35,633 bases of DNA from Pseudothermotoga sp. (GCA_031962025.1 JAVRKW010000013.1), one strand, 5' to 3'; counted from the first letter of the stretch, positions 8,094 through 18,391 are shown. Numbers and translations: made by a program. The notes: generated by a model from the sequence alone, not told the origin.

Positions 8094-9443
8094 GTGAAGG
8101 TGAGCTGGAAGGTTCTTTTTGTAGTTTTGCTTTTGGTTGGAACCGTGGTTTTACCTGCGAAGATAACGATTACCTGGTGGATCAACCCGTGGAGAATAAC
8201 ACCTCCTGGGTATCCAGCAGACAAGGCTCTAACAGGTGAAGAATTTCCAAAATGGATTTCGGAAGAGTTCATGAAGCTCCATCCTGATGTGGAAGTCAAG
8301 TATGTGCTTGTGACGAATCAGGAATATGCTCAAAAGCTCGCAGCAGCAATTGCTACAAAAACTCAGCCGGACTTCTTCAAGGGTCCTGTCTGGGACAGTC
8401 GCTGGGCAAAAAGCGGACTGCTTGAACCAATTGATGATTATCTGTCTGAAGAGGATTGGAATGACTTCTATGATCAATGTTTGAAGGCTGGCTACATCAA
8501 TGGAAAACACTATGTCTGGCCATGGGTCTATGGAACAAATGGCATGGGTTCGACCATGCTTTTGTACACGCCGGATTTTGAAAAGGCTGGTATTGACTGG
8601 CGAAAAATTGTCAACGAAGGCTGGACAATGGAGGAATTTGTTGAGGTATGCAAAAAACTCACCTGGGACAGCGACGGCGATGGACAGATTGATCATTATG
8701 CTCTTGCACTTGGGGCAAAAGGTGATATGGTTCACAACATTTTGAATTTCATTTATGCTTTCGGTGGAAGATTGACAAATGACGATGAGTCAGAGGTAAT
8801 TCTCAACAGCCCCGAGGCGGTAAAGGGTCTTCAGTTTGTGCTTGATTTGATAGAAAAATATGGTGTTGCACCAAAAGGTGCCGAGGCACTTGATATCTAC
8901 GGTGTGATAAGTTACTTCCATACGCACAAAGCGAGTATAGGTTTTGGTGGTCCGTATGAAATAGGTAGGATCACCCGGTATGTAAAGGAAGGGCGCCTTT
9001 CTGAAGCATTCTATCCGGTTATTGCTCCATTCCCGCATGTTGAAGGCAAAGATCCTGTGGCATACGCTCGCGGTAGCGGCTTTGTGGTTTTTAAACAGAG
9101 TGATCCTAAAAAAAGAGAGATGATCTTTGAATTTCTCAAATTCATAACCAACAAACAAAACATTGCTTTGCTTGAAACCCTTCAGTATCTGACAGCGAGA
9201 AAATCAGTCAACGAAACACTTTATAAGAACGACCCATACATGAATGAGCAGGTCAGAAATTACGCAAAAATCATGGACAGATACGGTATGGAGTTTTTCG
9301 GAAGCGAAGAATTTCCATGGTCTCAGATGAATGCATACTTTGTTGCGGCTTTAGAAGCGACATTTGCAAAGACGAAAACACCTCAAAAGGCACTGGAAGA
9401 TTTTGTTTTAGAGGCAAACAAGATTCTGAAAAAAACAAAGTGA
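8094..9443 (+). CDS. CUT1 carbohydrate ABC transporter substrate-binding protein
   Basis: Signal peptide, F.K.HPDVEVK, GLLEPIDDY, WTMEEF patterns; followed by two MalF/MalG-type permeases. Confidence 0.9.
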   Translation: MKVSWKVLFVVLLLVGTVVLPAKITITWWINPWRITPPGYPADKALTGEEFPKWISEEFMKLHPDVEVKYVLVTNQEYAQKLAAAIATKTQPDFFKGPVWDSRWAKSGLLEPIDDYLSEEDWNDFYDQCLKAGYINGKHYVWPWVYGTNGMGSTMLLYTPDFEKAGIDWRKIVNEGWTMEEFVEVCKKLTWDSDGDGQIDHYALALGAKGDMVHNILNFIYAFGGRLTNDDESEVILNSPEAVKGLQFVLDLIEKYGVAPKGAEALDIYGVISYFHTHKASIGFGGPYEIGRITRYVKEGRLSEAFYPVIAPFPHVEGKDPVAYARGSGFVVFKQSDPKKREMIFEFLKFITNKQNIALLETLQYLTARKSVNETLYKNDPYMNEQVRNYAKIMDRYGMEFFGSEEFPWSQMNAYFVAALEATFAKTKTPQKALEDFVLEANKILKKTK

Positions 9444-9450
9444 TATGTCT

Positions 9451-9470
9451 GGACGACCGGCTGGTCGTCC
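9451..9470 (+). terminator. Intercistronic stem-loop after the SBP gene (partial terminator or mRNA stabiliser)
   Basis: GGACGACC-ggct-GGTCGTCC followed by TTTCGATTTT. Confidence 0.7.
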
Positions 9471-9496
9471 TTTCGATTTTCGTGAGGTGATGTGGC

Positions 9497-10375
9497 TTGA
9501 GTTTGTTCAAAAAAATCCACAAAGGTCGGTACGGATATTTTTTCCTGTTACCACATTTCATTTTATTTCTGGTCTTTTTCCTGATACCCGTTGGCAGTGG
9601 AGTGTACCTGAGTTTGTTCGACTACAATGTTTTTTCAAAGACTTTCATAGGTTTGGAAAACTACAGAACGATTTTCGATGATTGGTTGTTTAGAAAAGCC
9701 CTTGCGAACACTTTTGTGTATACATTCGGCGTTGTTCCACTCTGGCTCGGTAAAGCATTACTTGTGACTGTTCTGATATATCCATTTCGAAAACCCATAA
9801 AGACTTTCTTCAAAACGGTTTTTTATTTGCCCCATGTTACCTCATCGGTCATAATTTCTCTGATATGGTTGTGGATATTCAACCCAACCTTTGGTTTGCT
9901 CAATTATTTCATGAAATTGATGGGTTTAAACCCTGTTGTCTGGCTTGGAAATAAACTCACAGCGATGCCGTCTTTAATTATCATGCAGGTGATTATGGGC
10001 GGAGGTTCTACCATCGTATTGCTCTCTGCTGCTATGGCTTCTATACCAGAGTACTACTTTGAAGCGGCAAAGATAGAGGGGGCTAATTCCTGGAAAATCT
10101 TTGTCAAAATAACTGTTCCATTGCTAAAACCAACCATTTTGTATGCGCTTGTCATGGGTACCATCTCAAATTTTCAAACTTTTTCGAACATATACGTCAT
10201 GACCCAGGGAGGACCAGAATTTTCAACGATTACCGTTGCATATCTTGTCTACACAACGGCGTTTAGGGATTACAATCTGGGTTTAGCCTCTGCAATGTCC
10301 ATGGTAATGTTTGTGATTTTGGTGGGTTTAGGGATAATTCAGTTTAAGTGGCTTGGATCAAATGTTCAGTACTGA
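9497..10375 (+). CDS. Carbohydrate ABC permease (MalF/UgpA-type)
   Basis: Hydrophobic helices; FIGLENY; EAA loop EAAKIEGA; MTQGGP. Confidence 0.92.
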   Translation: MSLFKKIHKGRYGYFFLLPHFILFLVFFLIPVGSGVYLSLFDYNVFSKTFIGLENYRTIFDDWLFRKALANTFVYTFGVVPLWLGKALLVTVLIYPFRKPIKTFFKTVFYLPHVTSSVIISLIWLWIFNPTFGLLNYFMKLMGLNPVVWLGNKLTAMPSLIIMQVIMGGGSTIVLLSAAMASIPEYYFEAAKIEGANSWKIFVKITVPLLKPTILYALVMGTISNFQTFSNIYVMTQGGPEFSTITVAYLVYTTAFRDYNLGLASAMSMVMFVILVGLGIIQFKWLGSNVQY

Positions 10376-10384
10376 GGTGATCTG

Positions 10385-11218
10385 ATGGCTAAAATCAACC
10401 GTTCGAAGTTGATCAAGAATGTGATTTCACTGATCATACTGTCCGTACTCGGATTGATGGCTTTTATACCGCTTTACTGGATGGTTGTAACTGCTCTCAA
10501 ACCACCTGCACTGGTTCTGAAATTTCCTCCGGAGATCTTTCCCAAAAATCCGACATTTGTCAATTTCATAAAGCTGTTTCAAAGACCGTATATTCTCAGA
10601 TGGACACTCAACAGTCTGATAGTCGCAGGTTCTGTCACATTATTTAGAATAATACTGTGTGCGATGGCAGGATATGCAATCGCGAAAAAGAAATTCCCCG
10701 GTGCAAAATTGTTTTTCTGGATTTACATCGCCTCAATGATGATACCCAACCAGGTTACACTGATACCTTTGTACATAATAGTTTCCAACTTGAGGATGAT
10801 AAACACTTACTGGGGTTTGATTCTGCCGAGCTTGGCGGCACCATTTGGCGTGTTTTTGATGAGACAGTTCATGGTAACTCTACCGGATGAAATCATCGAA
10901 GCTGCCAGAATTGATGGAGCAGGTGAATTTCAAACATTCTGGAAGATCATCTTTCCAATATCAAAACCAGCGATAGCGGTTCTTGGTATCTTCACCTTTG
11001 TCAACGAATGGAACGATTTTTTGTGGCCCCTGATTGTCACAAACACGACAGCGATGAAGACACTTCAAGCCGGTCTTGTGATGATACGCGAAGAAATCCC
11101 GATGGAATATGCGCTACACATGGCAAGTGCGACTTATGCCGCAATACCCATGCTCATAGTCTTTTTCGCATTCCAGAGATATTTTTTGCAGGGTATAACC
11201 GTTGGAGCTATCAAATAA
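10385..11218 (+). CDS. Carbohydrate ABC permease (MalG/UgpE-type)
   Basis: EAA loop EIIEAARIDGA; WNDFLWP; FQRYFLQGI. Confidence 0.92.
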   Translation: MAKINRSKLIKNVISLIILSVLGLMAFIPLYWMVVTALKPPALVLKFPPEIFPKNPTFVNFIKLFQRPYILRWTLNSLIVAGSVTLFRIILCAMAGYAIAKKKFPGAKLFFWIYIASMMIPNQVTLIPLYIIVSNLRMINTYWGLILPSLAAPFGVFLMRQFMVTLPDEIIEAARIDGAGEFQTFWKIIFPISKPAIAVLGIFTFVNEWNDFLWPLIVTNTTAMKTLQAGLVMIREEIPMEYALHMASATYAAIPMLIVFFAFQRYFLQGITVGAIK

Positions 11219-11229
11219 ATGGTTTTTGA

Positions 11230-13146
11230 TCACCAGGAACGAGTGTCTTTTATTTTTTCCCATAGATCTTTTGCAAGGTCAGGTGAACTCTGGTTCAATG
11301 CGCTCAAAAGATCGAGCACCATCGAGTTGCTCATCTGTTCTGTCAGTTTCAAAAGAGAATCGAGTGTTAATTTTCCTTCAACTATCAATTGAAGGATCCT
11401 TTCGACATCCAGTGTTGGCATAACGTAGGTATTCTTGTCTGATTGAGATGGTTGAACTTTCCAGTCTGGTAAGATACCTTTGTACGGATAAGATGAGATG
11501 ATCTTAGCCCATATCGGCGCTGCGTTGACTCCGCCTGTGAGATTTTTGCCATCTACCGCTACTGCCAGAATTATCTGACTATCTCCACCGATGAACCACG
11601 CTGTTTTTTCTGAAGTACCAGTTTTACCAGCAACCGGTACTTTTTGCCTTGCATAAACACCTGTTCCCTGATCGACTACGCGTTTCATAACACTCAAAAG
11701 TAATGAGCTTGCGGCTATCGTACTGTTTTTTCTGCTCCTTATGACACTCAAAATCTTTGGAAATGCTTTGTAGATAATCCTGCCGTATGGATCTTGAATT
11801 GAGTCTATTATGTAAGGCTGGAGAACCACACCGCCGTTGAAAATGGCTGCATAACACTTTAAAATCTCTTCTGGAGCGGTTTCGATTGTACCAAGAGAGA
11901 TTGTCAAGTCATTTGGATAATATCCATTGAGCTTCATCTCTTTTTGAAGAAACTCAACGACTTTATCCATGCCAAGCTGCATGAACAGATTCACAGAAGG
12001 TATGTTTCTCGATTCTATGAGAGCCTGTGCCATGGTAACAGATCCTTTGTACTGTTTATCGAAATTCTCAGGTGTCCAGTCACCGATTTTGATTGGTAAA
12101 TCAGTCAGCTGGCTGTTCAGGCTCCAGCCTTCCAGCAGTGCCAGATAATAATACAGAGGTTTTATAGCCGAACCGATTTGCCTTTTGCCCTCAGGGTATG
12201 TTAAACCGATACCTCTGTATGCAAGCACAGCACCACTGAAAGGATCTATGGCTTCCAGGACCGTATTTTGTTCTAACTGTACAGAATTTCTCATCAATAG
12301 CGGGTCAAGTGTTGTGTAGATGCGATAGCCCTGCCTGACTTCATTCAAGCCAAAACCAATTGAGTTCAGTTCTCTCACAACTCTCCAGAAAACTTCTTCA
12401 TCCAGATTCCTGTTCTGTTTTTCGACAAAGGTGAGCTTATCTATAAGCGGTAATTGTTCGTTGTACTGTTCCAAGGTCAGATATCCTTCCTTCAACATCG
12501 CTGTTAAAACTGTTTTCGCCTTCTTCTTGGAAAGCTCGGGGTTTTTAAGTGGATTGTAATTTTCAGGAGATCTTATTATTCCCACGAGAATGGCACTTTC
12601 CTGCAGATTCACATTTGAGAGATCTTTTCCAAAATAATAATTACAGGCACTGGCAAGTCCATACAAGCCATTTCCCATGTAAACAGAGTTCAGGTACATT
12701 TGCAAAATTTCGTCCTTTGTGCGCACTCTTTCAAGCCACAGTGCGATAAAAGCTTCCTTGATCTTTCTTTGCCAGGTCCGTTCCAAAGATAGGTAAAGTG
12801 TTCTTGCAAGCTGTTGAGTGATTGTGCTTGCACCTTCGTTTATCGAAAATGCCAATAGATTTCTAACAGTTGCCCTTACAATTCCTTCAAGATCAATACC
12901 TGGGTGAAAAGCAAAATTTTTGTCTTCGGAAGAAATCAATGCGTTGATCAGCACTGCAGGTACTTCTGGCAGGTTCTTCCAGAAAGTTCTCGATAGCATG
13001 ATAGGTGAGCCGTCCTTGTAGAACATGATCAAGCCGGTTGGAAGGTGTGATTCTGGCGCATCAAGGTCTTTTGTGATCAGAAAATAACACAAAAACAAAC
13101 CTGTTAGAGATATGGCTAAGCCTGTGAAAAATGCGATTTTTTTCAA
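11230..13146 (-). CDS. Class A penicillin-binding protein (transglycosylase-transpeptidase, PBP1a-like)
   Basis: N-terminal TM; GT51 motifs EDKNF..H.GID, GASTITQQL, RKIKE, ILQMYLN; TP motifs SAIK, SRN, KTG. Start TTG 13146 (TTGA overlap with ogt) or GTG 13155. Confidence 0.92.
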   Translation of the reverse strand: MKKIAFFTGLAISLTGLFLCYFLITKDLDAPESHLPTGLIMFYKDGSPIMLSRTFWKNLPEVPAVLINALISSEDKNFAFHPGIDLEGIVRATVRNLLAFSINEGASTITQQLARTLYLSLERTWQRKIKEAFIALWLERVRTKDEILQMYLNSVYMGNGLYGLASACNYYFGKDLSNVNLQESAILVGIIRSPENYNPLKNPELSKKKAKTVLTAMLKEGYLTLEQYNEQLPLIDKLTFVEKQNRNLDEEVFWRVVRELNSIGFGLNEVRQGYRIYTTLDPLLMRNSVQLEQNTVLEAIDPFSGAVLAYRGIGLTYPEGKRQIGSAIKPLYYYLALLEGWSLNSQLTDLPIKIGDWTPENFDKQYKGSVTMAQALIESRNIPSVNLFMQLGMDKVVEFLQKEMKLNGYYPNDLTISLGTIETAPEEILKCYAAIFNGGVVLQPYIIDSIQDPYGRIIYKAFPKILSVIRSRKNSTIAASSLLLSVMKRVVDQGTGVYARQKVPVAGKTGTSEKTAWFIGGDSQIILAVAVDGKNLTGGVNAAPIWAKIISSYPYKGILPDWKVQPSQSDKNTYVMPTLDVERILQLIVEGKLTLDSLLKLTEQMSNSMVLDLLSALNQSSPDLAKDLWEKIKDTRSW

Positions 13147-13574
13147 AACTCGCACCCCTCGATCTTGAGCAGCATCTTTTTAAACTGTATACCGCCATTG
13201 AACCCGCCGATTGAATTTTTTGCCACAACTCTGTGACATGGAAAATATATCGGCAGAGGATTTGTCTTTAAAGCCTGCCCGATTGCCCTTGGAGAGGTTT
13301 TTAGCTTTTCAGAAAGTTGTTTATAAGTCACTGTCTGTCCGTAAGGTATTTCTTTTAAAGATGTCCATACCTTTTTTTGAAACTCTGTACCTGAGAATAT
13401 CACATCAAATTCGAGTTTTTCTCTTTTACCCTGAAGGTATTCTTCGATCTGAATTGCTATGTCCTGTTTTATTTTTCCATCGCATCTTTTGTTGAACTCT
13501 ATTCTGGTAACATAGCCATCTTTTTCATATACACATATATAACCGCATTCTGTTTCAAAGGATTGACAGTTCAT
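13143..13574 (-). CDS. ogt: Methylated-DNA-protein-cysteine methyltransferase
   Basis: GTEFQKKVW, IPYGQTVTY, RAIG, active-site PCHRV. Confidence 0.93.
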   Translation of the reverse strand: MNCQSFETECGYICVYEKDGYVTRIEFNKRCDGKIKQDIAIQIEEYLQGKREKLEFDVIFSGTEFQKKVWTSLKEIPYGQTVTYKQLSEKLKTSPRAIGQALKTNPLPIYFPCHRVVAKNSIGGFNGGIQFKKMLLKIEGCEF

Positions 13575-13616
13575 AAGTTTATCTCCTTTCTGTCATAATA
13601 TCTTTGAGGTGATCCA

Positions 13617-14624
13617 ATGAGAAAAAGATTTCGAGAACTGGGATTGAGTTTTGGTAAACTACCTCCCGCAGAAAAGAATCTTATCACAGATGTCGGACAA
13701 ATCAAAGTCGGGCATGTGACACTTTACAGCGACCATCCCACAACAGTCAGGACTGGTGTGACTGCGATAGTACCGCAGAGAGTGTTTGAGCAACCAGTGA
13801 CAGCAGCTTGTGCAATACTGAATGGCTTTGGAAAATCCGCCGGCTTGATGCAGATAGAAGAACTTGGACAGATAGAAACTCCTGTGATTTTAACCAACAC
13901 GCTCAGTGTTGGTGTGGGATTCGAGGGACTGGTCAATTACATGAGTAAAAAATACAGTTTTAGAACTTTGAATCCCGTTGTTTGTGAATGCAACGATGGA
14001 TTTTTGAATGACATACTCTACCCGGCGGTGAAAATAGAACACATACAGCAGGCTATAGATTCAGCGTCGGAGAATTTTGAACTTGGGAGCGTTGGAGCAG
14101 GAAATGGGATGATCTGTTTTGGTTTCAAGGGTGGTATTGGAAGTGCATCGAGGATTTTGAAAGACGGTTTTGTTATGGGTTCACTGGTACTTGCGAATTT
14201 CGGAAGTTATGAAGATCTGTGTATTTTGGGCAAAAAAGCGTCAGATTTTGTCAAACCTGGTGTGGAGAAAAAACAGGAGCATGGTTCTATCATCATAGTG
14301 ATTGCGACGAACATGCCACTTGATTCTAGGCAGTTAAAGAGAATAGCAAGGCACTCTTTTCTTGCCTTGGGAATGCTTGGTGCGGCGGGGTATCATTCGA
14401 GTGGCGATGTTTGTATTGCTTTTTCAACAGCAAAGGGGTATGTTGAAGAAACAAAAGATACATTTGATCTGTTGTTCAGAGCCGCTGTGGAATGCACATA
14501 CGAAGCGATTTGTGATGCCCTTTTTTGTGCGCAGGATATCACGGGTTTTCTCGGCACAGCAAAAGCCATACCTGTTGAATGGGTGATAGAATCAACCAGG
14601 AGGGATCAAGTTGAAAGATATTGA
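13617..14624 (+). CDS. DmpA-family (P1/S58) aminopeptidase
   Basis: NLITDV..VGH, RTGVT, NGFGKSAG, TNTLSVG, ECNDG.LND, GFKGGIGSASR, GS autocleavage site (HGSIII). Confidence 0.9.
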   Translation: MRKRFRELGLSFGKLPPAEKNLITDVGQIKVGHVTLYSDHPTTVRTGVTAIVPQRVFEQPVTAACAILNGFGKSAGLMQIEELGQIETPVILTNTLSVGVGFEGLVNYMSKKYSFRTLNPVVCECNDGFLNDILYPAVKIEHIQQAIDSASENFELGSVGAGNGMICFGFKGGIGSASRILKDGFVMGSLVLANFGSYEDLCILGKKASDFVKPGVEKKQEHGSIIIVIATNMPLDSRQLKRIARHSFLALGMLGAAGYHSSGDVCIAFSTAKGYVEETKDTFDLLFRAAVECTYEAICDALFCAQDITGFLGTAKAIPVEWVIESTRRDQVERY

Positions 14625-16431
14625 GTTGATCAGAAACATCTGCATTATTGCTCATATAGATCATGGTAAAACCACATTTGTTGACAGAATTCTTGAACTC
14701 ACAAAAAGTGTTGATCCAAGGATCATGCATGAACAGTTTTTAGATCAAATGGATATCGAAAGAGAGCGTGGAATAACGATTAAAGCGCAGCCTGTGAAAG
14801 TGCTTTATGAGTATGGTGGAAAAGAATATGAAATAAACATCATAGATACACCGGGGCATGTCGATTTTTCTTACGAAGTGAGCAGAAGTATGGCGGCGTG
14901 TGAAGGTGCAGTGCTGATCGTAGATGCTTCTCAGGGTGTTGAAGCACAGACTGTTGCACATACGTACCTTGCAATTGAAAATGACCTTGATCTTGTTCCG
15001 GTTTTGAACAAAATAGATCTGCCCAATGCCAATATCGAAGAATCAGCCAGTGAGTTGGTGAGTCTTGTCGGAATAGATCGATCAGAGATTTTGAAAATGA
15101 GTGCAAAAACAGGTGAAGGAGTCAAAGAAGTTTTGGATGCGATAATAGAAAGAATTCGACCCCCAAAAGGAGATTCAACAAAACCTCTCAAGGCTTTGAT
15201 CTTTGATGCAAAGTATGACAAATACCGTGGTGTCATAGTCTATGTGAGAGTCTTTGATGGTGTTATCAGAAAAAATGACAGAATCATGATTATGTCAACA
15301 AATGAAAAGTACGAAGTTGTGGAAGTTGGCATCTTTTCACCTGATATGAAACCAATTGATGAGCTCGGTCCCGGTGAGGTGGGTTATATCATAGCCGGAA
15401 TCAAAGAAGTTTCTCACGCGAAAGTTGGTGACACAATCACCAGTGCAATTAATCCCGTTGATTCTCCTCTGCCCGGTTACAGACAGGTGAAACCAATGGT
15501 CTATGCGGGAATGTTTCCGGGCTTACCTGAGTATTATGAGGAACTGAAAAAATCACTTGAAAAGCTCAAATTGAATGATTGGGCGTTGAGTTTTGAACCA
15601 ACTCATTCACCTGCTCTTGGTTTTGGTTTTAGATGTGGTTTTCTTGGTTTACTGCACATGGATATAGTTAGAGAAAGGTTGGAAAGAGAGTACGAAATGG
15701 CTGTCATTCTAACCGCACCAAATGTCGAATACAAAGTGCTTTTGAACAATGGAGAGACTTTACTGGTGAACGATCCAGCCAAATTCCCGGACGAAGATCA
15801 GATTCAGAAGGTTTACGAGCCGTTTGTGAAACTCTCGGTGATAACTCCAACAGATTATGTCGGTGACATTTTTACAAACCTTCAAAATGAAAGAAGGGCG
15901 ACATTACTTCACACAGAAAACGCCGGCAAGAACAGAGTGGTTATGAGTTTCAAAGTGCCGCTTGCCGAGATAATAACAGATTTTTTCGATAGGCTCAAGG
16001 CTATGAGCAGAGGCTATGCTTCTATGGACTATGAATTCATGGGATATGAGGAATCTGAAGTGGTAAAGGTATCGATACTGGTGAACAAAGAGCCTGTTGA
16101 TGCACTTGCAACGATCACACATAGAAGTAAAGAATACACCGTGGCAAAGAAATTGGTTGACAAACTTTCTGAACTGATACCACGCCATCAGTTTGAAATA
16201 CCCATTCAGGCAAAGGCACACGGAAGGATCATCGCACGTGCAGACATAAAAGCACTCAGAAAGGATGTACTCGCAAAGTGTTACGGTGGAGATGTAACAA
16301 GAAAAATGAAGTTGCTCGAAAAACAAAAAGAGGGGAAGAAAAAACTCAGAGAAATAGGACAGGTGACAATTCCTCAGGAAGCCTTTCTCGCTCTTTTGAG
16401 AATAGATGAAGAACAAGATCGGTCAAATTGA
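14611..16431 (+). CDS. lepA: Elongation factor 4 (LepA)
   Basis: AHIDHGKTT, ERERGITIK, DTPGHVDF, NKID, GFRCGFLGLLH, KCYGGD.TRK.KLLEKQKEGKK. Confidence 0.98.
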   Translation: MKDIELIRNICIIAHIDHGKTTFVDRILELTKSVDPRIMHEQFLDQMDIERERGITIKAQPVKVLYEYGGKEYEINIIDTPGHVDFSYEVSRSMAACEGAVLIVDASQGVEAQTVAHTYLAIENDLDLVPVLNKIDLPNANIEESASELVSLVGIDRSEILKMSAKTGEGVKEVLDAIIERIRPPKGDSTKPLKALIFDAKYDKYRGVIVYVRVFDGVIRKNDRIMIMSTNEKYEVVEVGIFSPDMKPIDELGPGEVGYIIAGIKEVSHAKVGDTITSAINPVDSPLPGYRQVKPMVYAGMFPGLPEYYEELKKSLEKLKLNDWALSFEPTHSPALGFGFRCGFLGLLHMDIVRERLEREYEMAVILTAPNVEYKVLLNNGETLLVNDPAKFPDEDQIQKVYEPFVKLSVITPTDYVGDIFTNLQNERRATLLHTENAGKNRVVMSFKVPLAEIITDFFDRLKAMSRGYASMDYEFMGYEESEVVKVSILVNKEPVDALATITHRSKEYTVAKKLVDKLSELIPRHQFEIPIQAKAHGRIIARADIKALRKDVLAKCYGGDVTRKMKLLEKQKEGKKKLREIGQVTIPQEAFLALLRIDEEQDRSN

Positions 16432-16456
16432 AGCCAACAGTCAGTAATTGAAATTC

Positions 16457-16480
16457 AAAGGCGGGTATATCCCGCCTTTT
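16457..16480. terminator. Bidirectional intrinsic terminator between lepA and the convergent sugar locus
   Basis: AAAGGCGGG-tatat-CCCGCCTTTT. Confidence 0.85.
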
Positions 16481-17400
16481 CAATCTACAAATTCTTTGAG
16501 ATGCTTAAGTCCCATCTTTAAACCAGCTTTTGACCTTTCGACACTGCCAGACCAGACCGGATCTTCATGTTCTATGCTGATCACAAAATCGTAGCCGATT
16601 TTCTTCAAAGCTCTGATAAATTCCTGCCAATCTATTTCTCCCAAACCTGGCAGTCTGTATACCCACCAGCTTTTGCCGTGCAAATTGGTTCCAAAATGTC
16701 CAAAGATGCTCTGATCATGCAGTTTATCGTCGTCTATTTCAACATCTTTTGCATGAACATGAAAGATCCTGTCCTTGAACTGCTCAATTGCGTTTATATA
16801 ATCGATACCAAGCCAGAACAGATGAGATGGATCGAAATTCAAGCCAAAAGAATCCGGTGTTATTCTGAAGATTTCTTTCCACAACTGAGGTGAGTAAAAG
16901 ATATTGCCTATTTTTTCAGGTTCTTGCCATCCCACCATTGGACAGTTTTCTATCATCAGCTTTACATTCTTTTTTTCCGCATAAGCAATCAACGGTTTGA
17001 ATACTTTTTCAAATTCACTTATGTTTTCCTCGACAGATTTTCTTATGTCTCTTCCGATAAAGGTCCCGACAAGTTCTACTTTCAAAAGATGCGCAGCATC
17101 TATGACTTTCTTAAGATGTTCGTTGATGCTTTTTCTTTTTTGTTCGTCTGCATCGAGGTTGTTATCGTAATAGGCTAAGGAAGATATGAACAGGTTGTGT
17201 TTATCGAGTAATTTTTTAATCTCTTCGGCTTTCTTTTCATTGAAGTCTGTAACGTCTATGGTCGTTGATGAAAAATCTCTCTCGTTCACAAGCGGCCAGG
17301 CAGCAACCTCCAAAGCTTCAAATCCGTTCTCCCCAGACCATTTTGCTATTTCTTCAAACTTTGTATTTCCAAGGGCAACTGTCAAAAAACCGATTTTCAT
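16480..17400 (-). CDS. Xylose isomerase-like TIM-barrel protein (sugar phosphate isomerase/epimerase family) 1
   Basis: IENCPM, LNFDPSH, HVHAKD, LPGLGEIDW, SIEHED metal-ligand pattern. Confidence 0.88.
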   Translation of the reverse strand: MKIGFLTVALGNTKFEEIAKWSGENGFEALEVAAWPLVNERDFSSTTIDVTDFNEKKAEEIKKLLDKHNLFISSLAYYDNNLDADEQKRKSINEHLKKVIDAAHLLKVELVGTFIGRDIRKSVEENISEFEKVFKPLIAYAEKKNVKLMIENCPMVGWQEPEKIGNIFYSPQLWKEIFRITPDSFGLNFDPSHLFWLGIDYINAIEQFKDRIFHVHAKDVEIDDDKLHDQSIFGHFGTNLHGKSWWVYRLPGLGEIDWQEFIRALKKIGYDFVISIEHEDPVWSGSVERSKAGLKMGLKHLKEFVD

Positions 17401-17416
17401 CCTTTAACCTCCTTAA

Positions 17417-17438
17417 GGGTCAGGCATGCGCCTGACCC
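17417..17438 (-). terminator. Intercistronic stem-loop after the SBP gene
   Basis: GGGTCAGGC-atgc-GCCTGACCC; no long U tract, directly ahead of the next RBS. Confidence 0.65.
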
Positions 17439-17443
17439 CGGTT

Positions 17444-18391
17444 CTAAAAGACAGATTCTGGGAAGTAATAGTCTTTTGCATTCTCTTTTGTTATCGTTTC
17501 TGTTGCAAGAATGATCTTTCTTGGAATACCTCTCTGATAGAATCCGTTGAGATCCTGTTTTCTCAGAGCCATTACCGCAAGGTTTATAGCTGTGGAAATC
17601 ATGTTTGGTGGATAAGTGAAATCAACACCGATGAGTGGGTTGCCATCCATGATCATCTTGACGATATTCTTCTCGCAAGCGCCACCAACCAGTACAATGT
17701 TTTTGTCTCTGCCAGCTTGCTTGAGCGCCAGAAGAACACCGTGGAGCATATCATCGTCGCCTGTCCAAACTGCATCGATTGTTGAGAACTTTGTCAGAAG
17801 TGTTTGCATAACCTCAAAGGCTTTTTCTCTGCTCCAGTATCCCGGTTGCTCGGCTATGATCTTCAAATCTGGATAAAGACTTATGGCATCTTTGAAGGCT
17901 TTCACTCTTTCATCGTCGATACTGCATGGTATACCTCTGATAACTACGATATTTCCCTTTCCTTTGAGCTTTTCAGCAATGTACTTTCCGGCGAGATAGC
18001 CGTACATGTAGTTGTCGCCAGCAATGTAGGTGTTGTACTCTTCAGAATTTATTCCCCTGTCTACTATGACTGTGAAAATGCCCTGTCTGAATGCTTGAAC
18101 ACAAATCGGTGTGAGTGGAGCTGATTCGTAAGGGTTGATCACAAGTGCATCAATGCCTTTTGCCATGAGAGCTTGAACCTGAGCTATTTGCTCACTTGGC
18201 TCTTTTGCTGTCACCAGGTAAAATTCGACGTTTGGATCATTCTGGTACTGCTTGATGGCATACTGTGCCCACCAGACCATTCCACCAGTCCATCCGTGAT
18301 CTGCTGCAGGGATTGCCACACCTACTCTGATCTTTTCGGCGAAACTAAACACCACCATTGCTACAAACAAGAACACAAGAAACCTTCTCAT
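17444..18391 (-). CDS. CUT2 (RbsB-like) ABC substrate-binding protein
   Basis: Signal peptide from ATG 18391 (RBS GGAGGTG); GIDALVINP, VIVDRG, GDNY..G patterns. Confidence 0.9.
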   Translation of the reverse strand: MRRFLVFLFVAMVVFSFAEKIRVGVAIPAADHGWTGGMVWWAQYAIKQYQNDPNVEFYLVTAKEPSEQIAQVQALMAKGIDALVINPYESAPLTPICVQAFRQGIFTVIVDRGINSEEYNTYIAGDNYMYGYLAGKYIAEKLKGKGNIVVIRGIPCSIDDERVKAFKDAISLYPDLKIIAEQPGYWSREKAFEVMQTLLTKFSTIDAVWTGDDDMLHGVLLALKQAGRDKNIVLVGGACEKNIVKMIMDGNPLIGVDFTYPPNMISTAINLAVMALRKQDLNGFYQRGIPRKIILATETITKENAKDYYFPESVF

